DNA of 46,647 bases. Origin: Thraustochytrium aureum (taxonomy: Eukaryota). Position numbers and translations under genes: made by a program. The notes under the pieces were generated by a model. It ran no database searches and was not told where the DNA came from. It was given only the letters and a program-made list of their open reading frames with translations. The stretch spans positions 13,102 through 59,748 of the forward strand of contig BLSG01000222.1 in assembly GCA_012862495.1 (NCBI GenBank), written 5' to 3'. Below are positions 35,724 to 46,647 of this stretch, piece by piece; within the stretch, counting starts at the first letter, position 1, and every line of letters starts with the position of its first letter.

Positions 35724-35762
35724 AGCAGCGGCAGCGGCAGCAGCAGCAGCAGCAGCAGCAGC
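35724..35762. repeat. (GCA)n trinucleotide tract
   Basis: agcagcggcagcggcagcagcagcagcagcagcagcagc. Confidence 0.85.
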
Positions 35763-36735
35763 CCCGGCAGCCTGTCCTGTCGCAGCCAAGCCCGCGTACC
35801 GGCGGCACCCCGTGCCGCGCCACCAGCGAGCATCCCCGCCGACAGCCCCGGCGCCAGAGCCCAGCCCGCACACGCAGCGCCGCNNNNNNNNNNNNNNNNN
35901 NNNNNNNNNNNNNNNNNNNNNNNNNNNNNNNNNNNNNNNNNNNNNNNNNNNNNNGGCCAGGCGATGGGCTCGAGAGCTTTTTGTGTCTCCTCGGCGCCAA
36001 GTTTGCGTCGCACCGCGTGGTCCCCGCAGCAGATGTCGCTGCGCTGGCGTCGGGCTGCGGAATCGGCGCTGCGAAGCGCGGTTCCGCTGCCGGCGTCGTG
36101 GAGATTCACGAGTTTCGCCTTGCTTGAGCTCCGAGGCTAGCTAGAGCCTCGCCGGCCGGGCTTGCGAATGATTAGGAGTGCTGCCTGGAGATGCGAAGCG
36201 CGAACGAGCCCTGCGTGAACGAGCCGAGCGCGTCCAGGCGCCCACGAGCCCAGAAGCGAACGAGCAGAGCGCGTCTTGGCGGGACGGAGCGATCGAAACC
36301 CAGATCCAGAAAAAGTTCCAATCTTGAAAACCGACGTGCTTTTCCTTCTTCTTCTTCGTTTCCTTTGGTTTCTATCCAGGCGAGCACACACAAAGGTGGG
36401 CCGCCCGCGCGACCTCTCGAGGGGGTCGTCGGCAAGCACCAAGCCTCGCGTGAACGCACGCACTGGCAGGTCAGAGAAAGGTAGAGTACTCCTCTCTTGC
36501 GTCACAGCGGGTTGTGTCTGGAGCGCGTCACACTGTCTGCCCACGTGACGTGAAATTTAAAATGCAAGCCCGCCTGGCTGATCGGTAGAGCAACCAGAGC
36601 CCTTCACACGAGCAGCAGCAGCAAGCTGCCAGGACGCGCGCCGGCCCCGACACGAGCTGCAAGCCCAAGGCTGACGCGCGCAATTCCGGCAGGGGTCCTT
36701 AGCCATCGAGCGTAGCAGCGCAGTGTGCTCTCAAC

Positions 36736-37848
36736 ATGTCGAGCGACAACACCAGCAGCAGCAGCAGCAGCAGCATGCAGGCCCCTGCCCTGCGTGCGCC
36801 CGAAGCGCCGTGGGTCGAAAAGTATCGGCCGAAAAAGGTGAGTGGAGCTTGCAAACGGGACTGGACAAACTGGTCCGCGGCGCTGACGACGCGAGGCCTT
36901 CGCCCGAGCAGCTGGTCGACATCGTGGGGAACCAGGAGACCGTGAAGCGGCTCGCCGTGATCGCCAAGCAGGGCAACTGCCCCAACATCATCATCGCTGG
37001 CCCGCCGGGCACGGGCAAGACTAACGAGCATCTTGTGCTTGGCGCACGAGATGCTTGGCGACACATACAAGGAAGGCGTCCTTGAGCTGAACGCATCCGA
37101 CGACCGCGGCATCGGCGTGGTCCGCAACAAGATCAAAATGTTCGCGCAAAAGAAAGTGAGCCTGCCGCCAGGCGCACACAAGATCATAATCCTCGACGAG
37201 GCGGACAGCATGACCTCGGGCGCGCAGCAGGCGCTACGCCGCACAATGGAGATCTACTCTTCCACGACGCGGTTCGCCTTGGCCTGCAACACGAGTAGCA
37301 AGATCATCGAGCCGATTCAGAGCCGCTGCGCCATTCTGCGCTACTCGCGCCTCGCGGACGAGGACGTCCTGGCGCGGCTCAAGCTTGTCTGCGAAAAAGA
37401 GAAGATTGCCACCACGGACGACGGGCTGGAGGCGCTGCTCTTCTCAGCAGAAGGGGACATGCGCAACGCGCTCAACAATCTCCAATCGACGAGCGCAGGG
37501 TTTGGCAGCATCACTGCGGCCAACGTATTCAAGGTCTGCGACCAGCCGCACCCAGGGGTTGTCCAGAAAATCTTGGAGAACTGCGCCAAGGGCGATGTTG
37601 ACGCCGCTTGTGAGCTCCTGCAAGGCCTCTACGAGCATGGGTACGCGGCCGTGGACTTGATTGGGACGATGTTCAAAGTGTGCAAGTCGCAACGCGCCCT
37701 GACGGAAAAGACCAAGTTGCTTTTCATCAAGGAGATTGGCGTCACGCACATGCGCATTGTGGAAGGCGTGGAGAGCCTTTTGCAGCTTTCGGGCCTGCTG
37801 GCGCGCCTGTGTGACATTTCTCTGCAGGCCAGCGCAGCGGCCAAGTAA
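36736..37848 (+). CDS. RFC2: Replication factor C small subunit (human RFC2 / yeast Rfc4 type); intron 36838-36911; extra A at 37023-37024
   Basis: [23 protein letters not shown](T)[50 protein letters not shown]. Confidence 0.96.
36838..36911 (+). other. Spliceosomal intron, 74 nt
   Basis: GTGAGT donor, GCTGAC branch site about 36881, CAG acceptor; splicing restores KYRPKK-LVDIVGN. Confidence 0.9.
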
Positions 37849-38039
37849 ACAATAATGGTGGTTGCTTCCGCTGGTTTCAGTGAATTCGGCCGCCCTCCTG
37901 CTCCTGACATCGCAGGCTTGCAACAACCTCCCAATTGACACACGCGTGAAGGAGCGAGCGGGCATCGTCGGCCGCCGTCCGCTTTTCGATATTGATCCGA
38001 AACGCCTTTGCGATGAGTACCTTTGGTCGAACCGCGCGC

Positions 38040-38285
38040 TAGCGAACTCATTCAAGGGACACAGCAAAAGGGTGGATGCGGTGGCCATGTCGCGCGATGG
38101 ATCGTTTCAGGTGGTGACGACGATTCCGTGCGGATTTGGGATGCACAGACCGGCAAGAAGCTGCGATGCATCGAAGCAAGCGCCAGCGGCACAATAGTCA
38201 TGTGTTGGCCCTGTTCCCGCGATGGCCAGCGGATCTCAGGATCACCAAATCGTTCGCATCTGGGATGCAAACGCTGGGAAACTAT
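38040..38285 (+). pseudogene. Decayed WD40-repeat fragment (two repeats)
   Basis: FKGHSKRVDAVAMSRDG / WIVSGGDDDSVRIWDAQTGK and SRDGQRISGS / QIVRIWDANAGK split across frames by multi-base deletions. Confidence 0.7.
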
Positions 38286-39675
38286 CGCTTGGCTTGCCAA
38301 GAGTGAGGTGGCGCGCAGCGGCGACTTTGCTGGGAGTTCGCGCTCTGCCTGCAGATCTGGCACGACGCGCTCTAGAGTGCCCGGCGAGCGGCCCATGGCC
38401 GAGCGGCGCAGCAAGCTGCTCAGCGCGCACAAGAAGCGCGATTCTGTCGCAAGGACCTGGGTCGATGATACTCAAACTGCAGGATCCGCGCCAGCGCCAT
38501 CTAGGCCTTGCAGGGCGACCTCGAGGGATTGCAGCAACGCCTGGCGGCCGAAGGCAAGCCGCCGACGATCAACGCCACCTCGGATCGTCTTGATCCTGAT
38601 TGAAAACCATACGAGTAACATGCGAACCGCAGGCGCGACGTCGGCACCGGCTCCAGGGGACGAGTACTGTACCCGGTAGAGAACATCAAAAGCAAGTCCA
38701 CGGGCGATGTCCATCAACACACCGAGTCCACGAACGATCGATCGAGAGTCCGAGCGACGAGAGTACAAGAAAACGCCAACGCTGCTCGACGCTTCAGTGC
38801 GTTCAATCCATCCACCCATCCATCCACCCGTCCACTGGCATCCATCCATCCAGCCGTCCACCGCCTTTTCACGATCACTCTCACCGCTCCCCATTCTGCA
38901 TTCTGTGCACCGAGAGAAGCCGAGGTCCCAAACTCCCGATCCACTTTCTCCAGCTTTCCCAGGCCGCTGGGCAACTATCTTTCTATCTTCTGCTACCTGT
39001 CCCTCCCTCTCTTCCCACGAGTCTCGTGCCCGTTTCTTCACCAACTTGGAGGGTGCAAGCCCAACCGATTGGACTCCCTCTGCATCAGGGCGGAGGCGGG
39101 GGGAAATCCAAGAGGCGGGAGGCGAGAGAAAAAAACGAAGAGGGGCGAGGGAGGGAGGGAGGGAGGGAGGGAGGCCGATGCACTGGTGCTGCCCTCTCCC
39201 TCCCTCCTCCCCCCCTCTCGCGCGCCTCTCACCGCCGCTCCAACCCAAGTCGACTCGGAGTCTCGGAGCCTTCTCATCCCAAACCAGCAAAACGTACGTC
39301 CCCGCTTCTTTCATCCATTCCACGTTCCTCAATTGTTCCCTGCCGCCTCGCTGCGCCTCTGGGCTCCACTTGCTCTCGTGTTTTCCCTCTCGCTGCTCTC
39401 GTCGATTGCGTCCTTTGTTTCTTCTGGTTTCTCAGGCTCCTTTCATTTCTTTCAAGTAGGTTTATTTTATTTTTCATTTATTTCTAAAGTTTATTTATTT
39501 TAGGTTTTGGTTTATTTGGTTTATTTTGGCTTGTTTTTGGTTATTTTGGCTTGTTTCGGGCTTGTTTCGTTTCAAGTTTTTGCTTCGTTTGTTTGTTTTT
39601 GCTGTTTGTAGGGAGAGGCGGGCGCGCGCAGCAGGCGTTTGGCAGAATCGTAAGCTACAGAGCGCGAAGGAGACA

Positions 39676-39745
39676 GACAGCAGGCCAGCAAGCAAGCGAG
39701 CAGGCAGGCAGGCAGGCAGGCAAGCAGGCAGGCAGGCAGAGGCAG
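39676..39745. repeat. (GCAG)n microsatellite downstream of a T-rich tract
   Basis: gcaggcaggcaggcaggcaggcaagcaggcaggcaggcag; T-rich tract about 39460-39610. Confidence 0.85.
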
Positions 39746-40317
39746 CGCGCGCGGCAAGGCCGCACGGGGACAGAGCCCGGAGGGGACGGGCCCGTCGACC
39801 CATTGGGCGAGCGGTCTTGCGCCTGTGAGCGCGGCAGCGGGTGAGCGAGCCAGTGAGCGAGTGAGTTCGTGCCAGCTGGGACANNNNNNNNNNNNNNNNN
39901 NNNNNNNNNNNNNNNNNNNNNNNNNNNNNNNNNNNNNNNNNNNNNNNNNNNNNNNNNNNNNNNNNNNNNNNNNNNNNNNNNNNNNNNNNNNNNNNNNNNN
40001 NNNNNNNNNNNNNNNNNNNNNNNNNNNNNNNNNNNNNNNNNNNNNNNNNNNNNNNNNNNNNNNNNNNNNNNNNNNNNTCGCCCGCCAGCGCCCGGTCCGC
40101 TGCCTCGCGCAAGGCCGCGCCGGGCTGCGCGGCGCTGGACGGGGCCGACGCGACGGACGGAAGGACGGAGGGGAGCGCGCGAGGCGACGTTGCTGACGGG
40201 TTGACGCGGGCCAGGAGGCGGATTGACGCGTGCGAGACGCGGCCGTGCCACGCGACGGAAGCGAAGGAGGCCCACCCGACCCTGGAAGGGGGGCCAGGAA
40301 GGCGGCTGGCTGTTGGC

Positions 40318-41412
40318 ATGGTCGCTGCCCACGTGGACGGCCCACAGGCGATGGCAGACGAGGACGCCGAAAACAAACAGGCGCAAGCGCGGGCCTCACC
40401 GGGCGCTCCGGCTCCGGCGCCGGGCAAAGCACCCAGCGCGTTCGAGGCGGTCAGCGTCTACGCCTCTCCGAGCTCCTCGCCGCGCAACAGCGGCGTGCGA
40501 CGAAACTGGGCGCCAAACAGCTCTGGGCCGCTCGAGACCACCACAGAAGACGGCGCCGTGGATCAGATGAGCGACGAGTTTGGTGTGCTCAAGCTCATCG
40601 ACGAGGGGCCGCAGCACGCGGGCCCGAACGAGACCATGAACGGCCGCAACGGCGGGGGCCCGCCCTCGCCGCGGTCCACCGGGTCCAGCAATGGCACGCC
40701 GGGCGAAGCCCAGTCCGCCTCGCTGACCTGGGCGCGCGGGTCTTCGCCGCTGGGGTTCGCGAGCCCGTTCTCGCCCGACGACGCCTCGCTGGCGAGTGTG
40801 CGTGGGTCGCCCGAGAAGAAGAGCCGCCGCTGGACCGTCAACATCCCGTCGCTCTCGCACTTTGCCGACGACAGCAGCAAGGGCCTGTTCCTGCCGCCGA
40901 ACGACGACGGCACCTCCAACATCTTTGGTGGCGCAAGTGGATCCATGATGGCCGCCGACTCGCTCAGCTCGGCCGGCAACAGCGACGGTGGAAGCGCCGG
41001 ATCTCCTCCGGGCTTTGACAGAGACACGGATTTTTTCCCGCTGGCACAGTCTCGCGAGGCGCAGCGCCAGCAGCAGCTTGAGGAGATGCAAGAGGAGGAG
41101 GAGCGCCTGCGCCTGCGCCTGCAGATGATCCAGGAGAAGAAGCAGCAGGTCGAGACGAGCATGCTCCCGCCGCCGCCGCCGCCGCCCGGCTCGCCCCCGC
41201 CATCGCCCCCGATGGCGAGCCCGCCCGGCCTCGCGGTGCCGCCTTCGTTTGACGACCACCTTGCGCTCTCGATGCGCCGCCACTCGCACATGGACTCGAC
41301 CGGGGCCAGCTCGTGGGGGCAACTTCTTGGCGGCCCCTCTCAGCAGAACTCCGGGAACGCACAACAGCACCTCGCGCAGCTTGCGCAGCAGCAGCAGCAA
41401 CAGCAACTGCGC

Positions 41413-41446
<34 letters not shown>

Positions 41447-42105
41447 TTCAGCAGCAGCTGCTGCAAGCGGAGATGAGCGAGGTGGACGGGTTAGGTGGCC
41501 AAGGGTACAACAAACGCGGGCACGGTGTTCGCCGCCACACCGTCGCGGAGGCCATGGTCGACTCCAACTTGTTTCAGCCCTACTTTCCATCCACGCAGCA
41601 AGTCACCGCCCCTGCCGTCTCCTACGCCGACGTGATGCCGCAAGTGCAGCACCAGCACCTCGGGGCCTACGCCGGCTACCAGTACTACGCGCCGGCCCCG
41701 ATGGCCCCGATGGCCGCCTACTACGGGCACGCGATCCACCCCCACCCGCACCACCTGTCGGGCCCGGGCGGCATGATGCACCAACAGGCGCCGACGAGCA
41801 AGCAAAAGACCGGCCCCGTCGGCGCCAACTTGTTTGTGTTCAACTTTCCGCGCATCTTTTCGAACGCGGACCTGGAGCAAGCCTTCGAGCCCTTCGGAAC
41901 TGTGCTGTCTGCCACGGTGTTCATCGACAAGGTCACCCAGCGCTCAAAGTGCTTTGGCTTTGTCTCGTACGACAGCCCGGAAGCGGCGCAGCTCGCCATC
42001 AACAAGATGAACGGCGCGCAGCTCGGCGGCAAGGTGATCAAGGTGCAGCTCAAGCGCGAGGGCGGGCACCGTAGCAACCCGCAGGAGACGACTGCCTCCG
42101 CCTAG
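40318..42105 (+). CDS. RNA-binding protein with C-terminal CELF/Bruno RRM3-type domain and long disordered poly-P/poly-Q region
   Basis: [75 protein letters not shown]. Confidence 0.9.
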
Positions 42106-42564
42106 AAAGGCAGACAAGGCCTTGCTGGGGGTCCTCGCTGGTCCTACTTGTGTGGTTCGAGCTCCGTGTCGCGAGCTTTGCGGCGTGTTGTGGTGTCTGT
42201 GGCGGTGGCGGCGAGCTTGGCGCACTCTGTTTCCGTATGTGTCTGTGTCCTGTGTCCTGTGCGTCTCTGTGTCGCCAAACGCTCGCCCTGCTCCCTCCAC
42301 CACGCCTCCCGCCATTTCCAGTATGCGACGCAACGATGCGGTTGATTCCATTTCTCCGTCGCTCGCTTTCATGATCATGAAGATGTTGATGATGTTGTTC
42401 TCAAGGCCTCTTGTGTAGGGCCACGGTCGGAGGTCCAACGCCCATCAGCCAAGAATAAAAAACAAATCCATTCCGTTTCGTAACAGTAGGTAGGGAGCAC
42501 CAAAAACGGTGCGAGCCCTCGAGTCTGGCCCGAAAGGTCGCGTGCGTGCCAATTCTCTGCTGCG

Positions 42565-44455
42565 CTATCCGAACACCTGGAATACGCCACGCCCGCGAGC
42601 CTGAGCAAGCGACTCGGTCGTCCAGCCCGGATACGAGACAATGTCGACATCTGGCGTTGCTCGGGACTTTTTCCTTCGGCGGCTACGCGAACGCCCCGGG
42701 AGCTCCTCGCGGTCGCCCTTCTCGGTGGGGTCATCGCGGTTGTCGCTGTCACGGACCTCGATCTCGACAATGGTGTCGCCGACACGCTCCATCTCCCCAG
42801 CTGTGCTCGTAGAACCCGCCGTCTCGTGCGAACCTGTCGAAACGCCTCGCGTTCGCGACTGCAACGTCGACTCTGTGGGCATCCAGGCGCCTTGTCCTGC
42901 GGGCTGCTGGGCGAAATCATCGCACGAGGCAGACTTGCCAATTGCGCGCTGCTTCCAGTTCCCGCTCCCCCATGAATCGCCATTTTCCGTCCTCTTCTTG
43001 AGGTTCTTGGGGCGGTGCGCGCCGGGATCTGGCGCGTGCGAGCTGATGGACGTCACGTGAAAGATATGCCGGCGCATGTCATGCCTATGCTCGGTCAACC
43101 GATTGCGCATGACGAGCGCCCGGCTTGCCACAAGCCGCCGCTGCGCCTCCCGCTCTTGCTGCAGTGCCCGGGCCATCTTTGCCCCGTCGGCGCCGTGGAC
43201 GGTGTGGTACAGAATCGCGCTCTGATCCATTGCGTCGACCTTGGCCAGCTCTTCCTCAGGGAGAAGGCCTTCGCTGCTCTCCCTCCCGCACAGCGTTTCG
43301 TGAGCTCCCGAGCATGTCGAGCACCGAATCGTCATTGACGTTGCCCCAGCGCCCTCCACTTGCGCGCGCGTTTTCCCTTGCCGCGAGACGTGCGGCATGG
43401 CGCGATGTCGCCGCGGCGCCCACCCCCGGCGGCTGCAGATCCGACTGCTTCCGCGTCGCTTACGCGGTTTGAGGCTTTCTCTACACTATGCGACCGGGCA
43501 GGTCGGCTGGCGCGCTCGTGATCCCTGGGCTGCGCGGTCGGTGCCGGGCGGTCGAGGTCAAACAGAGAAAATACGTCGCTCCGCCCGAGATTGGCGCCGC
43601 CGGCCGAGCCCGGCGAAGTGGCCCCACCAGAGCCGCCAGACTGGCTTGCTGCCGGCTTGCTCTCAAGCCCGACTGTTGCCGAGTTGGTTTCCGACCTCGA
43701 GGACGAGGCCCGTGCAAGAAACGAGACGGCATTCTGCGCGCGATGCGCCGAGCCCGCAGCTTCGCCCAGCCTCGGCGCCTCGTTGTGGTTTCGTAGCCGA
43801 AACGATTGGAGTAAGTGGTCGCGGCTCGTCGGGTCCTGCGAGCCCCAACGGGTCTGCACTATCCCCGATGAGCCGATTCGGAGCTCGCTGAGCTTATCGC
43901 TCGACTCGGTTTCGCGCAGAGCGCCAAGCGCCTCGGGGTCGGAGAGCGACCTCGCCGGGATCGATTTTGGCGGTGTCTTGGGAAGCTTTTTCGCCTTTCT
44001 CGTGGGGCAACGGGAACGGGAGCCTGCGCCAGGCGCATCGGCGTCGAACGAGTAGCATGCAGCGGCGGGGCTTGCGGCTCTGGCGGCGAGCCCCTCTTGG
44101 ACGCGGGCGGCACCTCCTTTGCGACGCCGTCCTCGCCATGGTCGGATGTGCTCTCTTGCAATCGTTGAAACACGGCCGGATACTCCATGTATTTGATGGC
44201 GCTCATGTCGTCTTCGAACGCAATGCTGTAGAACACAACCGGTAGGTTGTTCGCCGACACGTCGAAAGGGTCCTCGAGCTGCGCTGCCGTCTCGTTCACA
44301 GCGAACAGGACCCAGGTACTCGCAGCCGCGACCAAAAACGCAATCCCGTACGATTCTGGGAAAAACGCCCCAACCATGATCGGCGTGAGGATCATCCACA
44401 CGTTGATCATCATGGCTGTCAGCTGCACAAAGGGGAACGGAACGGGGTCTCTGCA
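42565..44455 (-). CDS. Bestrophin-like (UPF0187-type) anion channel with long cytoplasmic tail; 5' part in gap; probable indels about 44070 and 43400
   Basis: DPVPFPFVQL, two TM segments, then AAQLEDPFDVSANNLP. The tail continues through two overlapping minus-strand ORFs; that linkage is inferred. Confidence 0.75.
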
Positions 44456-45855
44456 NNNNNNNNNNNNNNNNNNNNNNNNNNNNNNNNNNNNNNNNNNNNN
44501 NNNNNNNNNNNNNNNNNNNNNNNNNNNNNNNNNNNNNNNNNNNNNNNNNNNNNNNNNNNNNNNNNNNNNNNNNNNNNNNNNNNNNNNNNNNNNNNNNNNN
44601 NNNNNNNNNNNNNNNNNNNNNNNNNNNNNNNNNNNNNNNNNNNNNNNNNNNNNNNNNNNNNNNNNNNNNNNNNNNNNNNNNNNNNNNNNNNNNNNNNNNN
44701 NNNNNNNNNNNNNNNNNNNNNNNNNNNNNNNNNNNNNNNNNNNNNNNNNNNNNNNNNNNNNNNNNNNNNNNNNNNNNNNNNNNNNNNNNNNNNNNNNNNN
44801 NNNNNNNNNNNNNNNNNNNNNNNNNNNNNNNNNNNNNNNNNNNNNNNNNNNNNNNNNNNNNNNNNNNNNNNNNNNNNNNNNNNNNNNNNNNNNNNNNNNN
44901 NNNNNNNNNNNNNNNNNNNNNNNNNNNNNNNNNNNNNNNNNNNNNNNNNNNNNNNNNNNNNNNNNNNNNNNNNNNNNNNNNNNNNNNNNNNNNNNNNNNN
45001 NNNNNNNNNNNNNNNNNNNNNNNNNNNNNNNNNNNNNNNNNNNNNNNNNNNNNNNNNNNNNNNNNNNNNNNNNNNNNNNNNNNNNNNNNNNNNNNNNNNN
45101 NNNNNNNNNNNNNNNNNNNNNNNNNNNNNNNNNNNNNNNNNNNNNNNNNNNNNNNNNNNNNNNNNNNNNNNNNNNNNNNNNNNNNNNNNNNNNNNNNNNN
45201 NNNNNNNNNNNNNNNNNNNNNNNNNNNNNNNNNNNNNNNNNNNNNNNNNNNNNNNNNNNNNNNNNNNNNNNNNNNNNNNNNNNNNNNNNNNNNNNNNNNN
45301 NNNNNNNNNNNNNNNNNNNNNNNNNNNNNNNNNNNNNNNNNNNNNNNNNNNNNNNNNNNNNNNNNNNNNNNNNNNNNNNNNNNAACGACGGCGCCCGCCA
45401 AGCAGCCGGGACGCCAACGGTAGCCAAAGCAGGAGACCCCGCTCGGCACAGGCACGCCCACCGTCCCTCCAGCGCTCCTCTCCGCTGCTGGCGCCGCTGC
45501 CGCACGCCGCTGCTCTGCTGGACGTTCGCGCACTGCTGGCCTCTTCTCTCGGCACCGAACTGCGACTGAACCCCGGATGTCACGCAAGGGGACTTGTCGT
45601 GACGTGGAAACGGTCGCATACCTGTCATTTATATTTTAGAACGGGGCGCCGGACGCGCTCGTCTTGAGGGGTCGAGGAGTGACGGAGGCGGGCTGCCCTC
45701 GTCACGGATGCCTGCTCGTGACGCGCCAGACTGGCATCGGCGTGGGAAGGCGCGGCAGAGCGGTAACGCGCGAGGAAGGCGGAGCGAGCGGGAAGGGAGA
45801 CGGTTGGGTGGGCGCGCCTAGAGGGCTCGGCGTGTGGCCTGCCTCGAGAGAGGGG

Positions 45856-46647
45856 ATGGATCGACAGCCCTGGCCCGGGTGGGTGGCGCGGTGGTTTGTG
45901 GTGGCCCTGGCGGCTGCGGTCTGCGTGATCACCGAGGCGAGGCCGCTGGTGCGGAATGTGCGGACGAACGCCGAGTTTACGCGGCTGCTCAACTACCATC
46001 GCGATGTGACCGGCATGGGCGTGATTGTGGACTACTACTCGGACGGGTGCGGGCCCTGCCGCCAGATCGCGCCGCACTACAAGGAGCTCGCGAAGCGGTA
46101 CAAGGACCAGGTCGTGTTTGCCAAGGTCGACGTCAACATGAACCGCGAGACCTCGGGGATCCAGCGCATCCGGAGCATGCCGACCTTCCAGTTCTACATG
46201 AACGGTAAAAAGCGCCACCAGTTCTCCGGCGGCGACCTTGGCTCCCTCCAGCAGTGGGCCGGAACCTTCTCGCGCGAGTTCAATGAGAACAACGTCAAGG
46301 TGTCGCGCGAGTCCCTCGAGGCCTTTTACCAAGCGCACGCCCCCGACAAAGCCACGGACGAAAACATCGACAAGGTGCTGGCCAAGGCCGGCGGCGATAA
46401 GGGCGGCAAGGGGCACCGGAGCCTCCTAAAAGGCCCTCAAGAAAAAATATGGTGTCGCGCCAAAGTCGGAGCCGCGCTACGATCCCAACGCGAAGAAGGA
46501 CACAGAGAAGCCAGGCTCCGCGGACTCTGCTGGCGCAAAGCCCCGCTCCACGCCACCGCCGGCCGCCCAAACGAAGAAAAAGGCCGACCCTGCCAAGCCG
46601 AACCTGCACCTGGCCTCGTTCGAGGAGCTGCAAGCAGAGCTGGAAAA
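45856..46647 (+). CDS. Signal-peptide thioredoxin-domain protein, truncated by window end; indel at 46428-46431
   Basis: Not in the ORF track. My translation from ATG 45856: MDRQPWPGWVARWFVVALAAAVCVITEA, VIVDYYSDGCGPCRQIAP, FAKVDVN, IRSMPTFQFYMNGKK; continues LKALKKKYG...KPNLHLASFEELQAELE. Confidence 0.88.
   Translation, partial: MDRQPWPGWVARWFVVALAAAVCVITEARPLVRNVRTNAEFTRLLNYHRDVTGMGVIVDYYSDGCGPCRQIAPHYKELAKRYKDQVVFAKVDVNMNRETSGIQRIRSMPTFQFYMNGKKRHQFSGGDLGSLQQWAGTFSREFNENNVKVSRESLEAFYQAHAPDKATDENIDKVLAKAGGDKGGKGHRSLLKGPQEKIWCRAKVGAALRSQREEGHREARLRGLCWRKAPLHATAGRPNEEKGRPCQAEPAPGLVRGAASRAGK

Noticed and set aside
21180..37848. Calling SNU114, PEX6, MED18 and RFC2 pseudogenes
   Set aside because: Key motifs are intact, no nonsense decay is evident, and the lesions are repairable as homopolymer-length changes.
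38472..39503. Long overlapping ORFs on both strands
   Set aside because: Produced by low-complexity (CCAT)n, (GGGA)n and T-rich tracts; no protein-like motifs.

Overview
Gene-dense, GC-rich, intron-poor eukaryotic nuclear DNA from a gapped draft assembly with about 16 N-runs. Gene content and compactness suggest a protist, possibly a stramenopile such as a thraustochytrid (inference). About 20 protein genes are recognisable: two tandem CRAL-TRIO/Sec14 paralogues, an ABHD/YheT-type hydrolase, a small basic mitochondrial-type protein, two AGC kinases (one non-RD, one PX-domain), a CH-domain protein, UBE4/UFD2, an EF-hand protein, a coiled-coil protein, RPL10, SNU114/EFTUD2, a small spliced membrane protein, PEX6, a mitochondrial-type membrane protein, MED18, RFC2, a WD40 relic, a CELF-type RRM protein, a bestrophin-like channel and a signal-peptide thioredoxin. 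Many conserved genes are broken by 1-nt indels at homopolymer runs, best read as sequencing error. Most notable: PEX6 has an in-frame C-terminal RBR/Rcat-like Cys finger; the divergent PEX6 promoter holds a polarised cluster of a 13-bp motif (GRATTCAAGTGRC); telomere-like repeats lie between RPL10 and SNU114. No CRISPR, RNA gene or intact mobile element was found. All family calls are by eye; no database search was run.
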